NCBI GenBank assembly: GCA_002269645.1
Contig: NIVC01000843.1
Span: 1 to 64,000, forward strand
From: Macrostomum lignano
Lineage: Eukaryota
Direction: 5' to 3'
DNA: 64,000 nucleotides
Shown here: positions 36,331 through 48,145 of the stretch, piece by piece
Position numbering within the stretch: position 1 is the first letter of the stretch
Layout: the number at the start of each line of letters is the position of its first letter
The notes under the pieces: model-generated
What the model was told of the DNA's origin: nothing
Databases searched by the model: none
What the model saw: the letters and a program-made list of their open reading frames with translations, nothing else
Position numbers and translations under genes: made by a program

Positions 36331-37945
36331 TGGGTGCGTAGTGCATTACGGACAAACAAATCTAAGCGTCTTGATATGTGCTATGGTTTGTGGATTTAGA
36401 GGTGTCATTCATTTTGACGAAGGTTTACATGTATTTTGACGAAAGCAAGTTAACAACTATCGTTCACTCACATAACAGAAAAAGCGCATCTTAGGCCCAA
36501 TGCCTATGATATGTTACATGTCTGGAAATGTACGAGCACGAGCACTGTGTGTATTTCATTGTGTACTCAAAGCCGGGAATTTCGGAGAAAGCAAAGGGAG
36601 GGGATGAGAGTAAATTTACATGCACATGTAATGAGAGAATAAATGGAGAGGGGTTAAGAGATCTCGATCTCTCTCACTCTCACTCTCTCTGTCTCACTCA
36701 TTTCACACCCACTCCCACACTGACACACTCTCTCACTCTCACTCTCTTACTCACTCACTCACTCACTCACTCACTCACTCACTCTCTCGCTTTTAATTCA
36801 TTTCTGAATTTCAGGCACTATAGGCACTATAATAAATTACAGAATTTTTCACACATTTGATATTTTGCCTCCGATTTTTAAATGCAAATAACCTTTACTC
36901 TCGCGCACTGCGGCAACTTTGCACAGGTACAGTGTGAGCTACATGTACATGCATTTTTTCAAAGGGTACTGATCGATAAATACTGATTTTGACAATTCTG
37001 ACATCTCTTCAAAATATACCAAACTTCTTGATACATTTAATGTAATAAATGTAATACAGAGATGCACGTATGTGCATATGAGTGCAAGGTACATGTACGT
37101 GTACACGTTTTCCAATCTATCTGTGACGTTTTTTCTAGCCGATCAGGAATTATCAATAGCAGTCAAATTTTTGCAGCTGAAATCACATTCAGCGTTATGC
37201 AAAAAGGAAATATTTGCGAAATCAAAAAGCCGTTTTTAAAGCACTGCAAACTGTGGTCTGAGCCTTGCCGCTCGCAAATAAGTATTGCGGTGTGATGCGC
37301 TCCGTTTATATTTCGGGAGTCCATGCGGTGGAGATGCTTGAATTAGGTGAAAAATCTGCAAACTTGAAGATATCAGTGGATAGGGCAGATCGAAGGGAGA
37401 TTTGCGAACAAATTGTTAGAAAACAATGGTTGCATACTTTTGCAAAATGCTTGCATTCATCTGTTAGAACAGTTGTAGCTAGTATCGGACATGCGAAATA
37501 TGCAAAATACCATAAGATCGGACCAATGGCACAATCATTTTTTATTTTAGATAGACTTCTTTTAGTCCCATCAAAGTTTGCATGTACTTCTGAGGTCATG
37601 ACCTCATGCTCATGCTGTACTTGGCAGATCCAGGTTTTCGCTCCGGGGACCTCGCTTGGTTGCACTATTACACATGGGAACACCAACTGCAATATAGATG
37701 CCACACCCACATACGCTCGTACGTTGCTCAGAATTTAATTGAATTCAATCTGATCACACTATATTGAATACCCGCAGCTATTTTGGAATATTTGATAGCT
37801 ATATCTCTAACGCCGGCCCCTCGTAAAAAATCCGTTACTATCCAAATCTTTTTTGTGCCCTCCTTTTGAACTCAGTACATTAATTGGAACTCACAGTTAT
37901 ATATACAAACAGTTTTTTTAAGCTCGACTCGAGTCCATGCAGTTC

Positions 37946-38064
37946 AGGGGTTGCACCCAGAGGGGGAGGGGTCAAGGGAGGAAAATTCCGGGGTCTGCCC
38001 CCTCTTGCCAGTGCCACCTCTCTCCGTAACACCCCCCCCCCTAAAATTTTTTGAGTGCGCCCCT
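37946..38064. mobile_element. Short GC-rich MITE-like element nested in the MULE
   Basis: Imperfect termini AGGGGTTGCACCCA and TGAGTGCGCCCCT, with G/C homopolymer interior. Confidence 0.4.
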
Positions 38065-39303
38065 CGTTCCGTTTAAGATTTATGGCTTGGTATTTTAAAA
38101 ATGCACGGCCGTTGCATGTAGCCTATAAGCGATGAATTTCAGAACCTATAAGAGATAACAAGTTAAGTACAGCTGTTTTTGTTACTATACGATCTATTCG
38201 CGGTAACTGGGTGGAGAGTATTTGCTTCCTGTCTTGATTTAATAAGAACCCTGAGACAGTTGGCTAACCAAGCAAGCTGTCAATGCATTCATTCTAAAAA
38301 AGTGATAAATTTTTGTTACCTTGCCTGACAATATGCTATTGCTGGAGTAGCTAATTTATGATAGTGTTATGCAAAGCTGGAAAAGAAGTCGCTTTGATTT
38401 AAACTATCAGAAGGAGAGACAAAGATGTAGTAGAGAGGGATCACAAACAGAGATGGGGTCGTGTATTGAAATTAAATTTGAACTTTTTTGCGCAAGCTAT
38501 TCTGTGCGCAGTTTAAACAGTGATTATGCAATCTAGTAGTTCTACCTCATTAGTACATGCAGGTATAGTAATTTTAGCATATTATTAGAGATTTAGTATA
38601 TTTAGACCAGAGCGCTATGGACAAGCAAACATACAAATCTTAGAGATTTAGTATATTTAGATTATGGACAAACATACAAATATTAGAGATTTAGTATATT
38701 TGGATTTTAAGAAAATCGGTCAAGGACAGTGAGCTCTAGAGCTTTATGGACAAGCAAGCAAGCAAGCAAACAAACCTTAGAGATTTAGCATATTTGGATT
38801 AGAGATTAAGTATAAATAAGTGCCACATGGAGTTCGGGCTCGAGATGACCTATGGAGCTGGCAGCACATTTCGCTTTAAGCACGGTGTAAAAGTTTAAGA
38901 TCTTGTTATTCGCGCTCACAAGCCAAATGTGCCCCCGCCTCCACAATCCAGCAGGGGGTGCAGTGAAATAAAACTGGAGGGGCAGTGGATAAGATGCAAG
39001 CAAATTTAGCGAATACGCAGATTTTTTCTTTTTTACCTGTGGGCCGCATATGGACTGAAATAAAAGTGCAGAATGTAATGGCATGCGAAAAATGATGGCA
39101 TTTAGAAGGTAATAATTAATAGCTTTACCTGTGCGCCGCATATGGACTGAAATAAAAGTGCAGAATGTAATGGCATGCGAAAAATGATAATGAGGGAGCT
39201 ATTTGCTAAGCAAGCAATGAATTGAGATTTATAACTCGATTTAAGTAAAATGGTTAATTATTAAAAGTTTCCACTTGAATCAGGCAAAACGGAGAGATCG
39301 CGA

Positions 39304-39945
39304 TCAATTCTGCTGCGCATCATCCTCGCCCTCTTGCTGCCATCCAGGTTGCGCATGAATATGGCTGCAGGCCCGGAGAAATGCAGCAATCGACATAGTG
39401 CCCTCTCTCAGGTGTCGGCAGAATGTCTCAAAGCAGACATTCACTCGCGCGTACCTAGCATGTACTTGCTGGTGGTGCGTGACAGCTTGGCCTTGATGAA
39501 CTTGCTGCAGCAGACGTTGCACCCGCTCTGCATCACGCTGAAGCAGGGTCAGCAGAAGATAGAAATTAAGCGCTTTCTCTCCACGCTTGTTGAGCTGCGC
39601 GTGCCAAGCCTCCACGGCATTGTTCGTCCTTGTGAACCGCTCAAAGACGCAAATGGCATCCCGGTCCCACACAGGGTGCTGTAGCCAGGTTGCACGCACG
39701 TATTCCGTTAGCTCTAGAAGGCGCTGATTCTCTCCTGCCATTGCAGTGCAGGCTGCAAGGCCATCTAGCATGCAAGGAGCCGGCAGACAAGGAATTGAAA
39801 GCAGCATGCGTACTAATAACTTTACCGCAGGGGAAGTCGCATACTGCACCTGCAATCCAAGAGACTGGACTCGCCTGAAAACAGCCTGGCAGTAATGAAA
39901 AAAGCAGCCACGAACTTGGGCTGCTGGATAAACTAAATTGATTCT
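39304..39945 (-). pseudogene. C-terminal half of a MULE transposase (N-terminal catalytic part missing)
   Basis: VYPAAQVRGCFFHYCQAVFRRVQSLGL (CxxH motif) and RTNNAVEAWH (catalytic E) are hallmark MULE motifs. The frame continues upstream of the listed ORF start. Confidence 0.85.
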
Positions 39946-40322
39946 TCGAGCACAGGTTCAGCGTCAGCGAAATCGGGATACTGAAATAAAAACCTCTCTT
40001 CCACTTCTACATGAGGGACTGGAAGCAATGGCTCCTCTTGGTCAATAGGCTCACCACCTGGTCCTGATCCTGGAAAGGTTGGCGGCACAGTAGCTGCTGG
40101 GGCAGCTGAGGGTGCAGATGAAGGCACACCTGTAGTTGGCCTAAGGCATCGGTTGCACAGCCAGAAAAACTCGCGTACACGTTTCATCGCAGCGTACTGC
40201 TCCGGTGTAACGCGACTGTTACACGCACGATGCTGCCATTCGCTACACTGCGAGCACTCAATAGCTTCTTCTCCATTGACAACAGGCTGTACACACACTA
40301 CACATGGGTATGCACCTGCCAT
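39933..40322 (-). CDS. PHD-finger ORF (129 aa), probably the N-terminus of the MULE protein
   Basis: C4HC3 pattern CVVC...IECSQCSEWQHRAC...FWLCNRC. Confidence 0.8.
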   Translation of the reverse strand: MAGAYPCVVCVQPVVNGEEAIECSQCSEWQHRACNSRVTPEQYAAMKRVREFFWLCNRCLRPTTGVPSSAPSAAPAATVPPTFPGSGPGGEPIDQEEPLLPVPHVEVEERFLFQYPDFADAEPVLEESI

Positions 40323-40574
40323 TTTAATGATATTTCTTGATCAAAAACTATTTAAGCTCCGATATCAGATAATCAGTTTTTATTGTATAGATATGCTATT
40401 CTAATACAATTATAGATAAACAGAAAATTCAAATTCGGGGCCGTATCAGTGGAGGATAACTGCTATTTGATGAGCGCCCAGCCAATGAGAGTTCTGGCAT
40501 ATTTGGAAGAGCGTTTCTTACCCACTGTTTCACCCACTGTTTCACCCACTGTTTCTCACCCATTGTTTCTCGGA

Positions 40575-40880
40575 GAGTGGATAGAGAGTGAGAGTGGAGA
40601 GAGGGTGAGAGTTGAAAGAGAGGCTGAAAGTGGAGAGAGGGTGAGAGTTGAAAGAGACTGAGAGTAGAGGCTGAGAGTAAAGAGAGGCTGAAAGTGGAGA
40701 GAGGGTGAGAGTAGAGGGAGGGTGAGAGTGGACAGAGGGTGAGAGTGGAGAGAGGGTGAGAGTGGAGAGAGGGTGAGAGTGGAGGGAGGGTGAGAGTGGA
40801 GAGAGGGTGAGAGTGGAGAGAGAGTGAGAGTGGAGAGAGGGTGAGAGTGGAGAGAGGGTGAGAGTGGAGAGAGTGTGAGA
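40575..40880. repeat. ~18-bp GA-rich minisatellite inside the MULE
   Basis: Repeated GAGAGTGGAGAGAGGGT. Confidence 0.9.
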
Positions 40881-41027
40881 GAATTAAAGAGAGACCTCGA
40901 GCAGCAGTGTCGGAAAATATTTCAAAGTGGGGGGGGGCTATTGTTGGGAGGGCACATTGCACATAATTTCTTTTAATCTAAGGGCACCCAAACTCCTGAT
41001 GTTAGCTATATCAGTTTGTGAAATTGT

Positions 41028-41560
41028 CCTCTCCTCTCCTCTCCTCTCCTCTCCTCTCCTCTCCTCTCCTCTCCTCTCCTCTCCTCTCCTCTCCTCTCCT
41101 CTCCTCTCCTCTCCTCTCCTCTCCTCTCCTCTCCTCTCCTCTCCTCACCTATCTCCTCTCCTCTCCTCTCCTCTCCTCTCCTCTCCTCTCCTCTCCTCTC
41201 CTCTCCTCTCCTCTCCTCTCCTCACCTATCTCCTCTCCTCTCCTCTCCTCTCCTCACCTCTCCTCTCCTCTCCTCTCCTCTCCTCTCCTCTCCTCACCTA
41301 TCTCCTCTCCTCTCCTCTCCTCTCCTCTCCTCTCCTCTCCTCTCCTCTCCTCTCCTCTCCTCTCCTCTCCTCTCCTCTCCTCTCCTCTCCTCTCCTCACC
41401 TATCTCCTCTCCTCTCCTCTCCTCTCCTCTCCTCTCCTCTCCTCTCCTCTCCTCACCTATCTCCTCTCCTCTCCTCTCCTCTCCTCTCCTCTCCTCTCCT
41501 CTCCTCACCTATCTCCTCTCCTCTCCTCTCCTCTCCTCTCCTCTCCTCTCCACTCTTCTC
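41028..41560. repeat. (CTCCT)n pentanucleotide microsatellite inside the MULE
   Basis: Seen directly; LLSSP pseudo-ORFs. Confidence 0.97.
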
Positions 41561-44500
41561 TGTTCTCTCCTCTCATCTCTCCTTTCTTATCATCTCCTCT
41601 CCTCTCTTAGCTCGTATCAGCTCTCATCTCCCTTTTCCTCTCCATTCTCTTCTCCCTTCCCTCGTTCTCTCCTCTCTCTTATATCTTGACTCTCCTCATT
41701 CATCTCCCCTCTCCTATTTTATCTCTTTTCTCGTCTACTCTCTTCTCCTTTATTCCTTAGCCTCTCCTTTCTCCTACGATCGTACTCGTATAGTTCTCTT
41801 CTCTATTCCCTATCCTCTCCCTTCTCTTGCCTGCAATCATCAGGGACTCCTGGGCACGTTTCGCTTAGGGGGCCCACGGAAGCAGACCCAGAAGGGCAGT
41901 CATTGCGCCACGCTAGGTTCTTAATCTGGCCCTTGAGGTAAAAAGTTTGCTGACCCCTGCACTAAAAGCACTAGGCTTAGGCACATTAGATAAAACTGTA
42001 GTGAATGGGATTGAGAACAACATTAACCATTATATCAGCCCTTAGCTTCCAAGACTCAGAAAAGCCAAAGCCGAAAACCGGCCGACACTTGCTTAAAATT
42101 CAAAAAGGGCACTTGATGGATCATGCTAAAAAGTGGGGGGGGGCTCCAGCCCCCCGTGACCCCTGGTTCCGACCACCCCTGACCTCGAGAGATGATTTCC
42201 TGATCCAATTTAGCTGTACAGAGCATGGATATACATGTATCTATCACACAATGCGCATACTGTGTACCAGGTCGATCATTGCCAATTGATTGCATGGTAA
42301 ATTAAAATCAAGTGTAGCGATATGACTGTCCGTCTGTTGTATGGTAGGGATCAGAACTGCATGTTACATGCACGAGTATACACTGGTAGCCAATGTGATG
42401 TACAGTACAAATGTACAATTGTAGCTAATATTCGTTCAAATTATAGTTTTAGAACGTATTTTTTAATAAACAGGGAGAACATCCGAAATCAAAGTAAACG
42501 ATTACTGTACATGTGATGTGCATGCATTTTCGTGCCATACATTTTGATTGTATTAAGAGCGATTAGAGTAACTTTTGAGTGAGTGATCAGTGTGCAAGTG
42601 AGTGAGTGAGCGAGTAAGATACATGTAGAGGGTGAGAGAGTGAGTGAGTTAGTGATTGAGTGATTTAAAGTGAGCATGAAAGCTGCTTATAACAGGCCTC
42701 GTACAACTCGATCGAGGCCCAGCTCGTACAAATCACGGACTACTTTAGTGTCGTTTTTATAGGAAGCCTGTACATGTACACGTAATAAAAACGGTATGGC
42801 TGCACGACTCACCATCCCGTAACCTCTAAATACAAGTGCATGTTGGCCTGCCTGCCTGCGATCGAATTGGCAAATTTGCATTGGCAATCGGACATGCTCG
42901 AATCACACATGAAAACTCACATTATAACAAATTATAACAATGATAACCAACTCAAGGACCACATTCGAAACTGCGAATTAAGAATGCAGTTAAGTCAAGA
43001 GCCTTTTTTCACAGCTTTCTACTAATAGTAGCTGTTTATTTAGGATTGATAGTTCCTTTACAATTCAAATTGAATGAAAAAACGAGGAGGGCTCACTCAG
43101 GTCCGCCCGGCCCGCTCACCGGTTCCTCTCTCGCGGCCTTGTCGTCCCCATCTCACCCCTCCCCCAGCACCATCCAATAACATGGCGAGCCAAATTCCTC
43201 CCCCTAGCTCCCCCAAGTGTGGCGGTCTTGGTGTGTGGCGGTCTTGGTCCTACACCCTTATTATATTGCCTGTATATATTTTAAATGACTTATTTTAAAA
43301 AAACTTAGTTTTCAATTTTAAAATTACAAAAGCATCATTTTGAAAAAAAGTTTTATTTTAAAGAATTCATTTATAATTTGAGTTTGACTACCTAGCCTTT
43401 TGTTAATAAAAGTTATAATAGGCCTACTGTTATAAAAATATTTCCAAGTTTTTTGTCTATTGACTATTGCAAAGTATTTTTTCTCTTACTTTATTATATA
43501 GTTTAATAAATTGGTTTTTATTTGTATAATTAATTGTATGGCATTTTGAAAATTGAATAATTCATTTGTAAAAACACAGTCCTACTTTTTACTAAAAAAT
43601 TTTTCTTTAAGAATTAGGATGCATATTTTGGCCAGTCTTATTGACGTTCCTATTTCAATGGTTTCAATAATAGAATATCAAAATGTTGTAAATATCTTTA
43701 GGCATAAGTTACAGGCATGGTTACTACTAGTAATCCATAGTCCGTTTCGTTACAGTTACGCCGGAAATCTCCATCGTAATTCTAATCTAGAAAAAAATTA
43801 GCCTTGGCGTAAGAATTGATAGAAAAATGGATTGGCATAAATGGCTGGCGTAAAAACAACTATAAATGATCTTTTGGGGTATTTCACTGACCAGAAATAA
43901 GCGTGACCGTATAACCGTATTTCAATGACCGTGTTAACTTATTTGAGTACTTGAACTTCTTTTTTAACTTAGCTCAACACGTTGAAAGTGGGTGTTTAAA
44001 ATTGTAACTTAATGAAAACAAATTTTCAAGAATTAATAGCTTCAAAATGCTTCAAGAACTAAAATATTCCTGATAAAATATATTTTTATTCAAAAAATAA
44101 CAATATAGTTAAGCATAAACTAAGCGTTTTGGAAGCGTACAATATTGTGTTACACAGTCGTTTGACATTTTGTATGCACATTGTTTTGTCATGCATGTCC
44201 CTTCACAATGTCAGAAACAAAGATTAGCTATACTTATGCGTAGGGGCTTCTTTCTTAGTAGTGCTAAAACCTGCAGGATCCCAAATCCCAGGTGGTGTAC
44301 AGTTAGCGTGGCGGCTCGAGCCATGCACGAGCTTATTTTTTATAAGTCCATGTAATTAGTTTAATTCTTCACATGCACAGTTCTTTTAAAGCGAAAGTAA
44401 ATAATGATCTTTTTCTAATGCACGAGGTAAATGAGTTAATTATTACTTTATAGGGCATCAGCACTAATCAGTAATAAATACTTGCTGCATGTTACATTTC

Positions 44501-44869
44501 AAAATGGAGAGGTAGCTAGCTAGTAGTATGGCTAAGTTCATTATAGACACAGATATATGCAGCTTGCATTTTCTAAGATGCAGACCTAGCTGAAGACATT
44601 TTACTCCCTCGCCAACTAAACTGCCTGGCCATACTAAGAAAAAGATTTAACTGGGAGCTTGCGAAAATGCTGGAAAACTTTATGGCTAAATCAAATTGTG
44701 ATAGATAAGATTTTATTGCGATTACAGATACTAGCTTGTCAAAAAATCTATTGCATTTAATTTTTACATATATATGTACATGTAGATTAAAGTACATTGT
44801 TAATGTTAATAGACTGTCCAATGCAAACTAAGTTTTCTCAACCACGCAACTTCATGAGCAGCTAGATTT

Positions 44870-45905
44870 CAACCCAGGCGAGGAGACTGAAAAAGTTCCC
44901 ACACATTTAACGCCTGCGCTGTTTTGAAGCAAAATATCGAGCAAATATCGAGCAAAATATCGATCATGGACCTCTGCAGCTCGGATCCAAGGCTTTTGTC
45001 CAGACTGACTACGGCCCTACATCTGAATTGGCCACCAACTCCGGAGTCCTGCAAGGTGCAGACACCCTATCATCACCGTTTCTCGTTATCCTGATCGACT
45101 ATGTCACGCGGCTGATGGCTATGCGCGACGAAGACGCGGCTATGAAGTGGTGCCTTGCCGTAGCTCCCGCTTTCCCTGTGTCAAGCTGACCTGCTGCAGC
45201 CCCGAAGCTGCGCAGAGGGCGGTGAGTTGGCTGGCTGACGAGGGGAAGCTCGTGGGTCCACATCAACTACGGCAAGACAGAGGTGCTGCATGTTGGCATT
45301 GCCAACTCTCCATCGCTGCTTCTACCGGACGGCAACACCATCGCCCCGTGCAACCAGTTCCAGTATCTGGGCGTCCTTGGTCACTGACCCGGATGCCATT
45401 GTCAACAACTTCTCCGCTTCTCCGCTCCATCTTCAACTGCCGGCTCGCCACCGACAGCCTGAAGTTCGCCCTCTTTCGCTCGGCAGTTGAGACGGTGCTG
45501 ACCTACGAGCTGCCACTCGTGAGGCGAGCTTGGAGGTCTGCCATCGCCACCTCCTGCGCAATGCCCTGGGCATCTGGTTCCCTGAGCGCGTGAGCAACGC
45601 CGAGCTGGCGGCCCGGACCCGCGTGCCACCCGCGACGCCAGATGTCGATCGGCCACTGCCTGTGGGCCCTCACACAGGGCACCGGGCCCCTGCTCGCTGA
45701 GACCTGCTGCTCAGCCCGCTTTGTGGGAGACTCCGCCGGGGCCAGGCGCGCTGCACCACTCTGACTGGCACCTTTCTCACTGACTGGCAGGCTCTGGGCC
45801 TGACCCCTCAGTCTGCAGCTAGGCTGGACTCAGCTGTTTTCCACCAGCGGGTGCTTCGCTGACCCCTGCGCCAGCGTCTGTTTAATAATAATAATAACAA
45901 TAATA
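44870..45905 (+). mobile_element. Degenerate RTE-like non-LTR retrotransposon, 3' fragment with (AAT)n tail
   Basis: Frameshifted RT motif resembling GVLQG-DTLS-PFLVILIDYV near 45045-45110, FRSAVETVLTY downstream, and an AATAATAAT tail at ~45885. Confidence 0.7.
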
Positions 45906-46861
45906 TTCGTCTCGGTAGTCGTCAAAAGAACCTCCTTGCCTAGCAACAACTTGCCTTCTCTTGCTCATCATCCCTTGCTCAGCTGATGAGCAAAACCCTC
46001 AGAATGAGGACATCATAAGTGAGAACATTTTCTTTTTAAGAAATCACAAAGGCGCAGAATCCCGGTCGAAATAACGACTTTAAATAGCTGGATTAATGGT
46101 AGATAATATTTAGCACGGCAAGCTTTGTTATCAATTTTTTTTAGTTGAAACGGCAAGGACAGTTATTAAGCAAAATTAATCAGCTAGAAAGAATCTATAC
46201 CAAGAAATTCTGAGTACAACATAACAAGTAGCTTAATATACAACATATGAGTCGTTATTGGTTGGTCACAGATATGCAAAGGCCGCTACTAATAGCAGTA
46301 TTGTTCTGAGCGATAAGAGCTAAAAAATCAATATAGAGTATTGAGACAGAAAGTAAAGATAACGGATAAAGTTTGAAGCAAGTATTTTGGCAAAAAGAAG
46401 TCACTGGAATGGAGTTAACGGAAGTCAAGAAGCCAGTCTACTGAAGCAATTTCTAGGAAGTCACCCTTAAACGGCTGACCCGGGGAAAAAACCCACCGGA
46501 AAAATTTCCAGTGGTAAAAAAACCGAGCCTACCGAGGCAGGGGGGATCGAAGCTCAGGCCAAAACTGCAGCCTATCACACGTGTGTTTAGTATCTGATTC
46601 TTTATAATCAGCATGGGATACTACGAGTATTGTTCATTATTCGGTGACATGCAGTGTCTGATTGCAAAGTAAATCAAGCGCATTTCTCCTTGCTGACAAC
46701 TCAATGCGTCAAGCAGCCATTTGCCTAAACAGCCGCCCAGTCTCCGGGATATTTCTGTCTCGTCAATGTGGTTTCTGATGCAGTTCCAATAATTGCGATA
46801 AACTCCTCACGAATGACAGCGTCTGCCTGCCAGAAGGGCTTAAACTTCCCTCCTACTTGAA

Positions 46862-48090
46862 CTAGTCCAGAGTGACTTAAACTTCCCTTCTGCCTGAACT
46901 AGTCCAGTCAGTGACTTAAACTTCCCTTCTGCCTGAACTAGTCCAGTCAGTGACTTAAGCTTCCCTCCTGCCTGAACTAGTCCAGTCAGTGACTTAAGCT
47001 TCCCTCCTGTCTGAACTCGTCCAGAGTGACTTAAGCTTCCCTCCTGTCTGAACTAGCACAGAGTGACTTAAGCTTTCCTCCTGCCTGAACTAGTCCAGTG
47101 ACTTAAGCTTTCCTCCTGCCTGAACTAGTCCAGTGACTTAAGCTTTCCTCCTGCCTGAACTATAGTCCAGTGACTTAAGCTTCCCTCCTGCCTGAACTAG
47201 TCCAGAGTAACTTAAGCTTTCCTCCTGCCTGAACTAGTCCAGTGACTTAAGCTTCCCTTCTGCCTGAACTAGTCCAGTGACTTAAGCTTTCCTCCTGCCT
47301 GAACTAGTCCAGTGACTTAAGCTTTCCTCCTGCCTGAACTAGTCCAGTCAGTGACTTAAGCTTCCCTCCTGTCTGAACTCGTCCAGAGTGACTTAAGCTT
47401 CCCTCCTGCCTGAACTAGTCCAGTGACTTAAGCTTTCCTCCTGCCTGAACTAGTCCAGTGACTTAAGCTTTCCTCCTGCCTGAACTAGTCCAGTGACTTA
47501 AGCTTCCCTCCTGTCTGAACTAGTCCAGAGTGACTTAAGCTTCCCTCCTGCCTGAACTAGTCCAGAGTGACTTAAGCTTTCCTCCTGCCTGAACTAGTCC
47601 AGAGTGACTTAAGCTTCCCTCCTGCCTGAACTAGTCCAGAGTGACTTAAGCTTCCCTCCTGTCTGAACTAGTCCAGAGTGACTTAAGCTTTCCTCCTGCC
47701 TGAACTAGTCCAGAGTGACTTAAGCTTTCCTCCTGCCTGAACTAGTCCAGTGACTTAAGCTTCCCTCCTGCCTGAACTAGTCCAGTCAGTGACTTAAGCT
47801 TCCCTCCTGCCTGAACTAGTCCAGTCAGTGACTTAAGCTTCCCTCCTGTCTGAACTCGTCCAGAGTGACCTAAGCTTCCCTCCTGCCTGAACTAGTCCAG
47901 TGACTTAAGCTTCCCTCCTGCCTGAACTAGTCCAGAGTGACTTAAGCTGTCCTCCTGCCTGAACTAGTCCAGAGTGACTTAAGCTTCCCTCCTGCCTGAA
48001 CTAGTCCAGTGACTTAAGCTTCCCTCCTGCCTGAACTAGTCCAGAGTGACTTAAGCTTCCCTCCTGCCTGAACCAGTCCAGAGTGTCGCA
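46862..48090. repeat. 33-37-bp minisatellite (GTGACTTAAGCTTCCCTCCTGCCTGAACTAGTCCAGA)
   Basis: Direct repeats, about 35 units. Confidence 0.95.
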
Positions 48091-48145
48091 CTGTTAAGGC
48101 TACAGCTTCAGACCTCCCTATTGACTCCGATTGAGTTCAGTTAGG

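Larger units (their letters stand above)
35685..43256 (-). mobile_element. 7.57-kb Mutator-like (MULE) DNA transposon, non-autonomous, with TIRs and an 8-bp TSD
   Basis: TSD CTTATTAT at 35677-35684 and 43257-43264. The inverted termini contain a perfect copy of GACCAAGACCGCCACACACCAAGACCGCCACA, with weaker similarity for about 100 bp further in. Internal MULE transposase fragment. Confidence 0.88.

Noticed and set aside
37062-37738. Overlapping 134-157 aa ORFs inside the MULE as captured cargo genes
   Set aside because: No recognisable motif and no splice context; ORFs on both strands suggest chance.
38560-38810. TTAGAGATTTAGTATATTT repeats with (GCAA)n, DINE/Helentron-like
   Set aside because: Diagnostic subterminal inverted repeats and 3' hairpin were not identified.
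42830-43025. YKC-x3-C...LESHMKTH zinc-finger-like ORF inside the MULE
   Set aside because: Cys-His spacing is too long for C2H2, the ORF is short, and there is no further support.
45961-46030. CTGATGAG hammerhead-like core with a TTGCTCATCA/TGATGAGCAA hairpin
   Set aside because: No GAAA after a stem II and no compatible stems I/III.
46610-46850. About 60-codon stop-free frame on the minus strand (…RNYWNCIRNHIDE…)
   Set aside because: No motif, no confident splice partner and no start codon.
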